A DNA stretch of 64,000 nt from Myxococcales bacterium (GTDB lineage Bacteria > Myxococcota_A > UBA9160 > UBA4427), in assembly GCA_022563535.1 (NCBI GenBank), contig JADFNE010000005.1, forward strand, positions 46,397 to 110,396, given 5' to 3'. Under the pieces are notes generated by a model that saw only the letters and a list, made by a program, of their open reading frames with translations, was not told the origin of the DNA and ran no database searches. Shown in pieces: positions 35,961-44,461 of this stretch; the first letter of the stretch is position 1; every line of letters starts with the position of its first letter. Both the position numbers and the translations under genes were made by a program.

Positions 35961-37912
35961 CCGTTTGCTTTCACGGCAGCTTCCGCCCCGCCGTCGGTGT
36001 CTCGAGAAGCCCCGCACTTCGGGCAGAACTTCCAGCCGATGTTCAGCGTGCTGCCACAGTGTTGGCAACTCTCGCTGTGCGCGGGTTCGGCCGGATCTCG
36101 CGTACTGCTCGATTGGGGAGCCGTCGTCCCGGCAGCCGGGGCCGATTGCTTCGCGTCGCGTTCCTGTTGCAGCAACTCGAGCGCGCGCGCGCGCAGTTCG
36201 CTGCGCATGGTCTGGTATGAGGCCTCTTCGATCTTCGAGGTTTCGAAGTCGTGTTCCAGGTCGCGAATCGCTCCGTAGATCAGGTCGCGTTCAGTGCGAA
36301 TCTGCGCTCGTTCATACTGGTCGGCACGTGATCGTCTACCCTGGACCAGGGGCGACACGATGAACCAGACGCCGAGAGCGGCCAGGGCGCTGGTGGCCAA
36401 CAGGTTGGTATTGCGACCCCCGGAACCGCGATTGATCAATTCCATGTCGAGCGACACGACTTCACCCTCATCGATCGAGAACGCTTCCCGGTGTAAGTAG
36501 ATCCGCGTGCCCTGGCGAAACGGGCGAAGTCGATGAAGGCGTTCAGTCTTGACGACGATTCCGGTATCCGCGATCAGCACGTTCAATACTTTGACGGCGC
36601 CCGGCAGACGTATGTCGATCCGTGGCTTGCCGTCGACGACCGGCAGACGGTAGGAAAACCCCAATCGCGCTTCACCTGGAGACAACGGGCCGATCAATCC
36701 TAGACCGCCGGGAATGGGCAGCAAACCCAGGTTTTGCGCTTCTTCGCTGTAGCCGCGCAATTCGGCGTTGGGGGGCAACGCAAAGCTGAGCAACGGAGCT
36801 TCTATGCTGCCGGTGAGGTGAGCGCCGGGTGCCACCTCGAGATGAAGTTCGAAATTGACCTGCAGGAAGGTGTCGTCGGCGTCCAACCAGTAGTCGGCGC
36901 GGGGAAATGAAATCGCGCTTCGGTCGTTTGACATGTTCGGCAGCGATACGGCCACTGCGAAGCTGCTGCCCGCCGAGACCGGTCCGAGGGAGAGCGCGTG
37001 AAAGGACCGTTCGCCCAGGGTTACATCCGCACCGGTCGCAACCCCTGGGATCGTTAGCGTCGGGCCGTCGGGCGGGTACAAGATACTCGCGCGGCGACTC
37101 CCCGAATCGAGTTTCCAGCGGAGCTTCATCTCCTCCCCCGCATCTCGCACGATGGGGACCAGATAGCGAAAGCGCAGCTCGAGTCCGTCGGCGTAGATCG
37201 GGCCCCAGAAGATCAACTCGTCAGCGTGCAACTCGTAGCCGTCGGCGACTCCGCTGAGGCTGGTGTCGATTTGTTCCGCGCCCGCCGGAAGTGTGACGCG
37301 AAACGGCGGTTGCTTGCCGCTGCGGTTTTCGGGCGCGACAAAGATCACCTCGTCGCCAGAATTTTCGAGTTGGTGAACTTCTTCGATTCCGAGACTCGCA
37401 CCGATCCACTCGACTCGCAGGGACGATTCTCCGACGGAGACTCGCGAGGAATCATCGCTCGGTTCGTCGACGTCGATCACCAGGACAATTTCGTTCTGGC
37501 CGGGGTCGAACGCGACCCGCTTGCCGTAGGGAATGCCGCCATAGTTGGCGCCCACCAGGTAGGTGATCCCCGATGCACTCGATAGATCGGCAAAGCTGAA
37601 CGTCCCAGAACGATCCGTCAGGGTGGTGCGTATCCCCGGACTGCCGTCTGCGGCGAGGGAGTAGAGCACGATGGTAGAACCCTCGGTCTTCTCGTTGCCG
37701 CCGGGATGCAGCAACTGGCCGTAGATCACCGCGGTTCCGGGCGGGACGTCGGAGACCCCGCTCGCATTGCCGAGAGACTCATGCGGAGCCTGGGCCGCAC
37801 TGGTACCGACCCAAATGATCGGAACAAGGAGCAGCACCAGCGGCGACACCAGCACCAACAACGAGGCTCTGCAGTGACGAACGGACCGGTTGCCCGTGGC
37901 TGGGTTTCGCAA
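35957..37912 (-). CDS. Bitopic protein embedded in the ccm operon: signal peptide, CarboxypepD_reg-like domain, large periplasmic region, TM helix, cytoplasmic coiled coil + zinc ribbon
   Basis: Signal peptide ASLLVLVSPLVLLLVPIIWVGTSAAQA. GTAVIYGQLLHPGG...TLTDRSGTFSFADL. TM helix LLATSALAALGVWFIVSPLV. IRDLEHDFETSKIEEASYQTMRSELRARALELL (CcmI-N-terminal-like helix). CQHCGSTLNIGWKFCPKCGA. TTG start 2 nt after the ccmF stop. Confidence 0.75.
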   Translation of the reverse strand: MRNPATGNRSVRHCRASLLVLVSPLVLLLVPIIWVGTSAAQAPHESLGNASGVSDVPPGTAVIYGQLLHPGGNEKTEGSTIVLYSLAADGSPGIRTTLTDRSGTFSFADLSSASGITYLVGANYGGIPYGKRVAFDPGQNEIVLVIDVDEPSDDSSRVSVGESSLRVEWIGASLGIEEVHQLENSGDEVIFVAPENRSGKQPPFRVTLPAGAEQIDTSLSGVADGYELHADELIFWGPIYADGLELRFRYLVPIVRDAGEEMKLRWKLDSGSRRASILYPPDGPTLTIPGVATGADVTLGERSFHALSLGPVSAGSSFAVAVSLPNMSNDRSAISFPRADYWLDADDTFLQVNFELHLEVAPGAHLTGSIEAPLLSFALPPNAELRGYSEEAQNLGLLPIPGGLGLIGPLSPGEARLGFSYRLPVVDGKPRIDIRLPGAVKVLNVLIADTGIVVKTERLHRLRPFRQGTRIYLHREAFSIDEGEVVSLDMELINRGSGGRNTNLLATSALAALGVWFIVSPLVQGRRSRADQYERAQIRTERDLIYGAIRDLEHDFETSKIEEASYQTMRSELRARALELLQQERDAKQSAPAAGTTAPQSSSTRDPAEPAHSESCQHCGSTLNIGWKFCPKCGASRDTDGGAEAAVKANG

Positions 37913-37914
37913 AC

Positions 37915-39885
37915 TCAGGGCTGTTTCCCCGGACGGATGATCTCAGGATGGGGCCACATAATGGCGATCGATCCCGCGATCGCAATCGCGGCCCCGATCC
38001 ACAACCAGTTGACCAGTGGGTTGCGATGAATCTTGAAGGTCGCCGAACCGTCGGGTTCGACTTCGTTGAGCACCAGATAAAGATCTTCGAGCCAGGTCGA
38101 ATAGATGGCGGGAAGCGAGGAGGGCTGCTGTTCGAGCCAGTACAGCCGCTTCTCCGGCAGCATCGTCGCCACGGGTTTGCCCCGGTGATAGAGCGCGACC
38201 CGGGCGGTGGCCCCTCCGTAGTTCTGTTCCAGGATGGCGTTGGCCGTGAGGTAGCGAAGTTCGAACTGGTCGAGTTTGACCGACTCCCCGGGTTTGAGGT
38301 TTTCGAGGCGCTCCTGGTTGAACGCCGCGCCCGAGACCGCAATGAACATCAACACGATGCCCAGATGCACGATGTAGCCGCCGTAGCGTCGCTGGTTTCG
38401 CTGCAACAAGGTAAAGAACGCCCGTACGGGGTTCTCTCCCCGCTTTCGCATGCGAGCGCCGATCGCGCGGTGGTACTCCTGGGTGATTGTCGCGATGACA
38501 AACGCGGAGAGGGTCCAACAACCGATCGCCCAGACCGTCGCAGTGCTCCAGAACGTCGCCGCCAGGACCACGCCGACCACCACGCCGAACACCGCCGGGC
38601 CGACGAACTGGCGGCGGACACTGGCGACGGTGGCCCGTCGCCAGGCAATCAAGGGACCCACTCCCGTCAGGAAGAGCAGGAACAGGGTGAGCCAGCCTTC
38701 GAGAGAATTGAAGAACGCCGGACCGACGGTGGTCCGGTTGCCGCTCAGGGCTTCGGAAATCACCGGCAGCAGCGTGCCCCAGAATACGACGACGAGAATG
38801 GCCATGAACACCCAATTGTTCATCATGAAGCCCGCTTCGCGGGAGACCATCGACTCGAGTTTGTGTTGGCTCTTGAGTTGGGGTAGACGGTACAAGAGCA
38901 TGCCGAAATAGAGCGTCGCCGTGACCACGACGAAGGAGAAGAAGATTGGCGTGAACAGACCGTTGTTCGTGAAGGCGTGAACCGACTGCACGATCCCACT
39001 TCGCGTCAGGAAGGTGCCGAACACGCAAAGCAGGTAGGTGATTCCGATCAACACCAGGTTCCAGGTCTTCAGCATGTCGCGCTTTTCCTGGATCATCACC
39101 GAATGCAGATAGGCGGTGCCGGCGAGCCAGGGCATCAAGGCTGCGTTCTCGACCGGATCCCAGCCCCAGTACCCGCCCCAGCCGAGGATCTCGTAGGCCC
39201 AACGACCCCCGAGAACCAGGCCACCGCCCAGGCATGTCCAGGCGAACAGGGTCCAACGGCGCGTCGTCTGAAACCATTGGGTGCCGAGTTCCCCGGTCAC
39301 GAGATTTGCAAACGCGAAGGCGTAGGGGACGATGAAACCGGTGAAGCCCGCGTAGAGGACCACCGGGTGAATCGACATCAGCGGATGCTGGAGCAGCGGG
39401 TTCAGGCCATTGCCGTCCGAGCGCACATCGAGGGGGCCTACGCGATCAAAGGGCAGGGAGACGAAGCTGCATAGGCTCAAAAAGAAAATCAGATTGACCA
39501 GGATGCACATCACCACCCAGGGCATCAGGGTTCGATTGTCGTGCCGGTTCAAGAACACCGCCGCCGCGCCGTAGAGTGCGACCATCCAACCCCAGAGCAG
39601 CAGCGATCCGGCTTGCCCACCCCAGAGCGCCGCCAAACGAGAATTCAGTGACATCGCCCGGGCGGAGTGTTGGGCGACGTAGGCGAGGCTGAAATCGTTG
39701 GTCGCCAGGGCGTAGAACAACGCCAGCATGGCAACGGTGATTGCGCCGAACACCACGTAGAGCGATCGCTCGGCTACCTGGGTCCACTCATCGCGCTTGT
39801 TCAAACCGGCGGCCACACTGACGATGCAGCCGAGAATCGCTATGAGCCAGCCGAAGGTCAGCGCTTGTTGGCCGATGTCTGCCAT
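37915..39885 (-). CDS. ccmF: Cytochrome c-type biogenesis heme lyase CcmF
   Basis: WGGYWGWDPVENAALMPWL (WWD). Polytopic, 656 aa. Confidence 0.95.
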   Translation of the reverse strand: MADIGQQALTFGWLIAILGCIVSVAAGLNKRDEWTQVAERSLYVVFGAITVAMLALFYALATNDFSLAYVAQHSARAMSLNSRLAALWGGQAGSLLLWGWMVALYGAAAVFLNRHDNRTLMPWVVMCILVNLIFFLSLCSFVSLPFDRVGPLDVRSDGNGLNPLLQHPLMSIHPVVLYAGFTGFIVPYAFAFANLVTGELGTQWFQTTRRWTLFAWTCLGGGLVLGGRWAYEILGWGGYWGWDPVENAALMPWLAGTAYLHSVMIQEKRDMLKTWNLVLIGITYLLCVFGTFLTRSGIVQSVHAFTNNGLFTPIFFSFVVVTATLYFGMLLYRLPQLKSQHKLESMVSREAGFMMNNWVFMAILVVVFWGTLLPVISEALSGNRTTVGPAFFNSLEGWLTLFLLFLTGVGPLIAWRRATVASVRRQFVGPAVFGVVVGVVLAATFWSTATVWAIGCWTLSAFVIATITQEYHRAIGARMRKRGENPVRAFFTLLQRNQRRYGGYIVHLGIVLMFIAVSGAAFNQERLENLKPGESVKLDQFELRYLTANAILEQNYGGATARVALYHRGKPVATMLPEKRLYWLEQQPSSLPAIYSTWLEDLYLVLNEVEPDGSATFKIHRNPLVNWLWIGAAIAIAGSIAIMWPHPEIIRPGKQP

Positions 39886-40023
39886 GTGGGGCTCCCAGAT
39901 CCTGCTTCGTTGAGGCGACTCGAGTGTGGCTGGCTGGTTTGCAATCTGCGCCCGCGCCGTGTCGGAGACAATGTGTGACCGCGGGACGTGGACGCGGGTG
40001 ATCGAGGAGGCGAATGGCTGAGG

Positions 40024-40494
40024 CTAGAGGCTCGTCGCATCCTTTTGCGGCATTTCCGCGTTGGCCTCGAACTTCGAGGGACATTTGGCGAGAACGTTGT
40101 CGGCCATGAACACGCGATCGGTTCCGTTGATCGCGAGGGTTCCCTCGACCACGACGTCGGCACCGTCCTGAAAAAGATCAGGTGTCTCGAGCCCCTGAAA
40201 CAGCACAGCGAGGGTCGCCACTGAGGGGCCGCTCTTGTGGGGTGGGTCGTTCTGGACCTCGAACGTCACCTGCTTGGCCTCGAGGTCGCGGTCGATGCTG
40301 CCCGGGGCCACATAGCCGTGCACCCGCAGCGCTTTGCCCACTGAATCCTCGGCAAGCGCACTGCTGGCGAGAAACTCATCCAGGGTCTGGAAGTACTGGA
40401 AAGTCGGCGAGCCCTCGAGGTTCGAATACCCGTACCAGCCCAGGAGACTGAAAATGATCGTTGCGCCGACTGCGAGTTGAACGCCCTTGGACAT
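40024..40494 (-). CDS. ccmE: Heme chaperone CcmE, variant with Cys instead of the heme-binding His
   Basis: The ATG at 40494 gives MSKGVQLAVGATIIFSLLGWYGY (TM anchor). OB-fold part RVHGYVAPGSIDRD...VTFEV...VVVEGTL. C-terminus NVLAKCPSKFEA where E. coli has LAKHDENY. I checked the minus-strand codons by hand. Confidence 0.85.
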   Translation of the reverse strand: MSKGVQLAVGATIIFSLLGWYGYSNLEGSPTFQYFQTLDEFLASSALAEDSVGKALRVHGYVAPGSIDRDLEAKQVTFEVQNDPPHKSGPSVATLAVLFQGLETPDLFQDGADVVVEGTLAINGTDRVFMADNVLAKCPSKFEANAEMPQKDATSL

Positions 40495-40818
40495 GTTTTC
40501 CTGTGCTCCGACTGCTTCCGACGAAGGCGATCCGGTTCTTGACGCCGAGCCACCTGGCGCGTGTTGGGGGCCGTGGAGCCTATCATCGGGGTATTCTGGT
40601 GTCAAAGGGGAGAATAAAATTTTCCGTTCAATTTCAGTATGTTGCGGCGGCATTCGCCTGGGTTCCTCGGGCGGGGCTGCATTCGAAGCCCGGGCGTCTG
40701 GAGAGGGTATGCCGGGATTCGCTGACGCGGTCTCGAACACCGGAATCGATCGTGCGCTCGCACAACTCGCTAGTGTGCTCCCCGACCTGGAGTCGCGGAT
40801 CGGCTCGCAGTTGGAGGG

Positions 40819-41418
40819 TTGCGGGTGAAGATTCATAGGGCCGAACTGATCATCTCGTGCGCCAACGTGTCTCAGTTCCCCGCGACGGGGCTTCCCGAGG
40901 TGGCTTTTCTGGGGCGTTCGAACGTGGGCAAGTCGAGCCTCCTCAACTCCCTGGTTCAGCGCAAAAAACTCGCCCGCACGAGCAGCACTCCTGGAAAGAC
41001 GCGCTTGATCCACTTCTTTCATGTCCAATACGGAAAGGCCGAAGTGGTCCTGGTCGATCTGCCCGGCTACGGATGGGCCAAAGTGCCGCGCAAGGAAAGC
41101 GACAGTTGGCAGCGGTTGGTGGAAAGCTATCTCGGAGAACGCCCGGAGTTGCGCGCGGCGATGTTGCTTCAGGATTTGCGCCGCGACATTTCCGAAGACG
41201 AAACCCTGTTGCTGGAATGGTTGGCAGAGCGCGATGTTCCCTCGCTCATGGTACTGACCAAGGTCGACAAACTGAAGCCAATGAAGCGCAGGGCTCGGAT
41301 CGCCGCACTCGCAAAGGAAGTGCACGACTTCACCCAGGCGGTAGTGCCGACTTCTTCGCACAGCGGCGACGGCATCGACATATTATGGCGACAGATCTAC
41401 GACATGATCCAGCGCTGA
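40819..41418 (+). CDS. engB: Ribosome biogenesis GTPase EngB/YihA/YsxC
   Basis: PEVAFLGRSNVGKSSLLNSLVQRKKLARTSSTPGKTRLI...VDLPGYG...TKVDKL. Start is TTG 40819 or GTG 40825. Confidence 0.9.
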   Translation: MRVKIHRAELIISCANVSQFPATGLPEVAFLGRSNVGKSSLLNSLVQRKKLARTSSTPGKTRLIHFFHVQYGKAEVVLVDLPGYGWAKVPRKESDSWQRLVESYLGERPELRAAMLLQDLRRDISEDETLLLEWLAERDVPSLMVLTKVDKLKPMKRRARIAALAKEVHDFTQAVVPTSSHSGDGIDILWRQIYDMIQR

Positions 41419-41434
41419 TCGCCATCAGTCCGCT

Positions 41435-42199
41435 TCAGCGAAACAGGTCTTGTGAAGGAAGGCGCAGAAGGTCGCGGGTCTTGCCCGACCCCGATACGAT
41501 GATGCCCTCGACGAACACGGCGGGGATGCCCGAGTCCTTGACCATCAAGATGCCCGCGCCCGCGGCGATTTGATCGACCAGCGCAGTGGTCGTCGACTGA
41601 AGCTCGCGGCCCTCGAGGTCGAGACTGCCTCGGTGATCGATGATCGGCGCCATGCCGGCGCTTCCGATCGCGACGTCCACCAACCCCTCGCGCCACGGTC
41701 GGCCGAAGGTGTCGGTCACAACGACTCCGAGTTGTTCACTCCCGCGAGCGACCAGCGCTCGATGCAGTGCAGCGGCCGAAGCATCGCTGTCCAAGGGCAG
41801 CAGTACCGCGATGTCGTCTCCCAGTGAATTCGAGAGGTCGACTCCGGCGTTGGCACAAACGAAGCCGTGGTGGGTTTCGCTGATCATGATGCCGTGACCG
41901 CGTCGTACAATGCGGGCTGTTTCGCGCAATACGACCTCGACGTGACGCGGGTCTTTGTCGTCTTCTTTTGCAATCGTCTTGGCTTGTTCGCTCGGCTCCA
42001 CGTCGTTCAGGTCGACCAGTCGGTCTTCGGCTTTCGATACGATTTTTTGACACAACACGAGGATGCCCCGGCTCAAGACCACGCCCGAGCGTTCGGCGGC
42101 AGCGGCCAGGATCCCGGGCAGATCGTCGCCGGGCGAAATTTTTCCGATTCCCCGCAGTGCAATGAAGCGCAGTCCGTCGTCGCTGATTTCACACGTCAC
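41435..42199 (-). CDS. cofE: Coenzyme F420-0:L-glutamate ligase CofE
   Basis: ISPGDDLPGIL...VLCQKIVSKAEDRLVDL...RRGHGIMISETHHGFVCANAGVDLSN. Confidence 0.85.
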   Translation of the reverse strand: MTCEISDDGLRFIALRGIGKISPGDDLPGILAAAAERSGVVLSRGILVLCQKIVSKAEDRLVDLNDVEPSEQAKTIAKEDDKDPRHVEVVLRETARIVRRGHGIMISETHHGFVCANAGVDLSNSLGDDIAVLLPLDSDASAAALHRALVARGSEQLGVVVTDTFGRPWREGLVDVAIGSAGMAPIIDHRGSLDLEGRELQSTTTALVDQIAAGAGILMVKDSGIPAVFVEGIIVSGSGKTRDLLRLPSQDLFR

Positions 42200-42864
42200 T
42201 GCGCTCTACCTCGACCCCAGCCGAGGGCGTTGAAAATGTCGCGGGTCTGTTTGCCACCCCCGGTCTGGGCCATAAAGTCGTCGACATCTTCGGGCCGATC
42301 CAGATCGATCCAGAGAGACGGAAGGGAGAGTTCGCGGTACGGGATCCCGCGTTGTTTGGCTTGTTCGCGATGGGCTCGACAGCTCTGCGGACCAAAGCAA
42401 GAGGGGATCACGTCGGCTGGGGTGCGCAGAAGCGCTGCCGTGCCGCCATCGCGCGATGGTGCGAGCACGACCTGGCCACTGGTTGCCGGCGGATCCAGTT
42501 GTTGATCCTGCTGTTGATACAGACGCTCGAGTTCTTCGGGTAGCGCCCCCGCAACGTCGCCCAGAATCACCAGCGAACTTTCTCCAGCTGCGGCGAACTC
42601 GCGGGTGGCGGCGTCGATCGACTCGTTCAATCCCGGATCCGTGCGCAACAGCACGATTGCCCCCGCGGCGCGCGCGCATTCCGCAACCGATTCATCGGGG
42701 GTCACGACCGCGGTCCGATCAACGGACGGCGTTTCCTGTAGCGCCTGCACGATATCCCTCAACATGGCGAGACATAGATGCTCGAGATCGCTGCGTCCGA
42801 GTCGCGACGAAAGCCGCGTCTTTCCCAGGGAGAGATGTTTGACCGGAATGATCGCGAGACTCAT
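42196..42864 (-). CDS. cofC: F420 biosynthesis guanylyltransferase CofC/FbiD
   Basis: The ATG at 42864 overlaps the cofD stop (ATGA). MSLAIIPVKHLSLGKTRLSSRL...VVTPD...ILGDVAGALPEEL. The ORF's upstream extension is Arg-rich. Confidence 0.8.
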   Translation of the reverse strand: MSLAIIPVKHLSLGKTRLSSRLGRSDLEHLCLAMLRDIVQALQETPSVDRTAVVTPDESVAECARAAGAIVLLRTDPGLNESIDAATREFAAAGESSLVILGDVAGALPEELERLYQQQDQQLDPPATSGQVVLAPSRDGGTAALLRTPADVIPSCFGPQSCRAHREQAKQRGIPYRELSLPSLWIDLDRPEDVDDFMAQTGGGKQTRDIFNALGWGRGRAQ

Positions 42865-43868
42865 CGCAAACTCAGTGCCAGTTCGAGAGCAGTCGCGGCC
42901 AGCTGCGTCGAAATGTCGAGATCGGTCATCAACGTCTGTGTCGAGACCGCGCGCATTCCCAGTTCTTCTATGTCTGCGAGTTGGGCCGCATCCACTCGAT
43001 CGAAGACGAACCCTTGTGCGAGGTCTCGATACAGCCCGGCCACACCCAATGCAGAGACCTCGCAGCCGATGGCGCGAAGCAAGTGGTCCGCTGGCCCCTT
43101 TACCGGAGCGCCGCCGATGATCGGTGAGATTGCAACGACCGGAGCGCCCGAGTTGACAATGGCTTCGCGGATTCCTGGCACGGCCAGGATCGGTCCGATA
43201 GACACCACCGGATTGCTCGGGCAAATGATCACGATCTCAGCAGTCGCGATGGCAGCGAGAACTCCGGGTGCAGGGGTGGCGGCGCGCGCCGCGTCGAGAT
43301 GGACCGCGCGAACGTTCGCGGGAGATTTTTCTCGCACAAGATACTCTTCAAAGTGTAGACTGCGCCCGTCGTTCAATTCGACCAGGGTGGGGGCTGGGTC
43401 TTCGCTCATGGGAAGAATGCTGCAGCTCAGGCCGTGGGTTCGGCGCAGGCTTTCACTCAGCTGCGCAAGTCCATCGCCCGCGCGCATGCGCAGGGTACGG
43501 TGCAGGCAATGGGCAAAGTCGCGATCTCCGAGTCGGAACCAGGTTTCGTGTCCGAGGGTTCCGAGTTCTTCCATCAACGAAAAGGTGTCCCCGGCGAGTC
43601 CGAAGCCTTTGCCAGGGTCTACCGCGCCAGCGAGGGTGTAGGTCACGATGTCCAGGTCGGGGGCGACGTACACGCCATAGAACTCGCGATCGTCTCCAGT
43701 GTTCACGATCGTCGTGAGTTTCGCGGGGTCGGTCGCGCGAACCAGCCCACGCAACATTCGCGCCGCGCCGACGCCACCGGCCAGTGCCGCGACCCGGCCA
43801 GAGAACACGCGAACGGGTTCGATGTTGGTGTCGTCGGGGCTGGCCTTGTCAGCGTTCTGGGGGGGCAC
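42861..43868 (-). CDS. cofD: 2-phospho-L-lactate (LPPG:FO) transferase CofD/FbiA
   Basis: VAALAGGVGAARMLRGLV...IVNTGDDREFYGVYVAPDLDIVTYTLAG...ICPSNPVVSIGPIL. Confidence 0.85.
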   Translation of the reverse strand: MPPQNADKASPDDTNIEPVRVFSGRVAALAGGVGAARMLRGLVRATDPAKLTTIVNTGDDREFYGVYVAPDLDIVTYTLAGAVDPGKGFGLAGDTFSLMEELGTLGHETWFRLGDRDFAHCLHRTLRMRAGDGLAQLSESLRRTHGLSCSILPMSEDPAPTLVELNDGRSLHFEEYLVREKSPANVRAVHLDAARAATPAPGVLAAIATAEIVIICPSNPVVSIGPILAVPGIREAIVNSGAPVVAISPIIGGAPVKGPADHLLRAIGCEVSALGVAGLYRDLAQGFVFDRVDAAQLADIEELGMRAVSTQTLMTDLDISTQLAATALELALSLR

Positions 43869-43892
43869 GGCTGATCCTGATCTCGCTCTTTA

Positions 43893-44234
43893 CTAAGGTG
43901 AAGTGTTCGGGGTGTTGTTGTGGGTGTTGTTGAGGGTGCTGTTGGGTTCGAGTTTTACGAGCGCGGTCGTTAGTTGCGTCAGACGCTTTGCGATTGCGAC
44001 CATGCGGTCCGCGTTGTCGTCGCGATGTTCGGTGTCCAGATGGGTCTCACTCACGAGATTCATCAGCAGTGCCCGCTGTTCATCGATTTCGGCGCGCAGC
44101 CCCGTCATTGTAGCGGGAAGTGGGGACGAATCCTTCGCGTCGAGACTCGCGCACCCCAGGCTGCAGAACCCGATACCGCTGAGCCCTGCGGCCAGCACGA
44201 GCAGTCCCAGGAGATGGATTGGGTTGTGAAACAT
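43893..44234 (-). CDS. Hypothetical small lipoprotein
   Basis: The ATG at 44234 gives MFHNPIHLLGLLVLAAGLSGIGFCSLGCAS (lipobox-like). Coiled segment, then an Asn/Thr-rich tail. Confidence 0.55.
   Translation of the reverse strand: MFHNPIHLLGLLVLAAGLSGIGFCSLGCASLDAKDSSPLPATMTGLRAEIDEQRALLMNLVSETHLDTEHRDDNADRMVAIAKRLTQLTTALVKLEPNSTLNNTHNNTPNTSP
43910..43945 (-). repeat. In-frame 12-bp tandem repeat gggtgttgttgt x3 (degenerating), encodes the Asn/Thr-rich tail
   Basis: Read directly from the sequence at 43910..43945. Confidence 0.7.
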
Positions 44235-44428
44235 TGCGGCGAGTTTTCTCGACGTCTGGTTTGCAGTCAAGAGCTGAGGAAGTTTCGTGTGCGTGTGTTG
44301 GCGTGCGCGGTGGCCATGAATTCTCACGGGGGTCTGCGGTGTTCTGCGAGGCTCTGGGAATCGGTAGGCCGCGCGGGTAGATGGACCGACGCGCACAGAA
44401 TACGCAACTGGGCACGGCTCTTGCTTTT

Positions 44429-44461
44429 GAAACCCGATCGAAACCCGATCGAAACCCGACG
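44429..44461. promoter_or_regulatory. Head-to-tail 11-bp repeat GAAACCCGATC x3 in a divergent intergenic region
   Basis: Copies at 44429, 44440 and 44451 (the last ends ..GACG). The array abuts the first candidate start (GTG 44461) of the 653-aa gene. Confidence 0.5.

Noticed and set aside
37943-39277. 444-aa minus-strand and 312-aa plus-strand ORFs inside ccmF
   Set aside because: They are alternative-frame or antisense shadows of ccmF, which carries the WWD motif. Their composition is Arg/Pro/Gly-biased.
40495-41361. N-terminal 289-aa extension of the ccmE ORF (track ORF 40024..41361)
   Set aside because: Only the last 156 aa resemble CcmE, and they begin with their own ATG and TM anchor. 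The extension is antisense to the well-supported engB gene and is Arg-rich.
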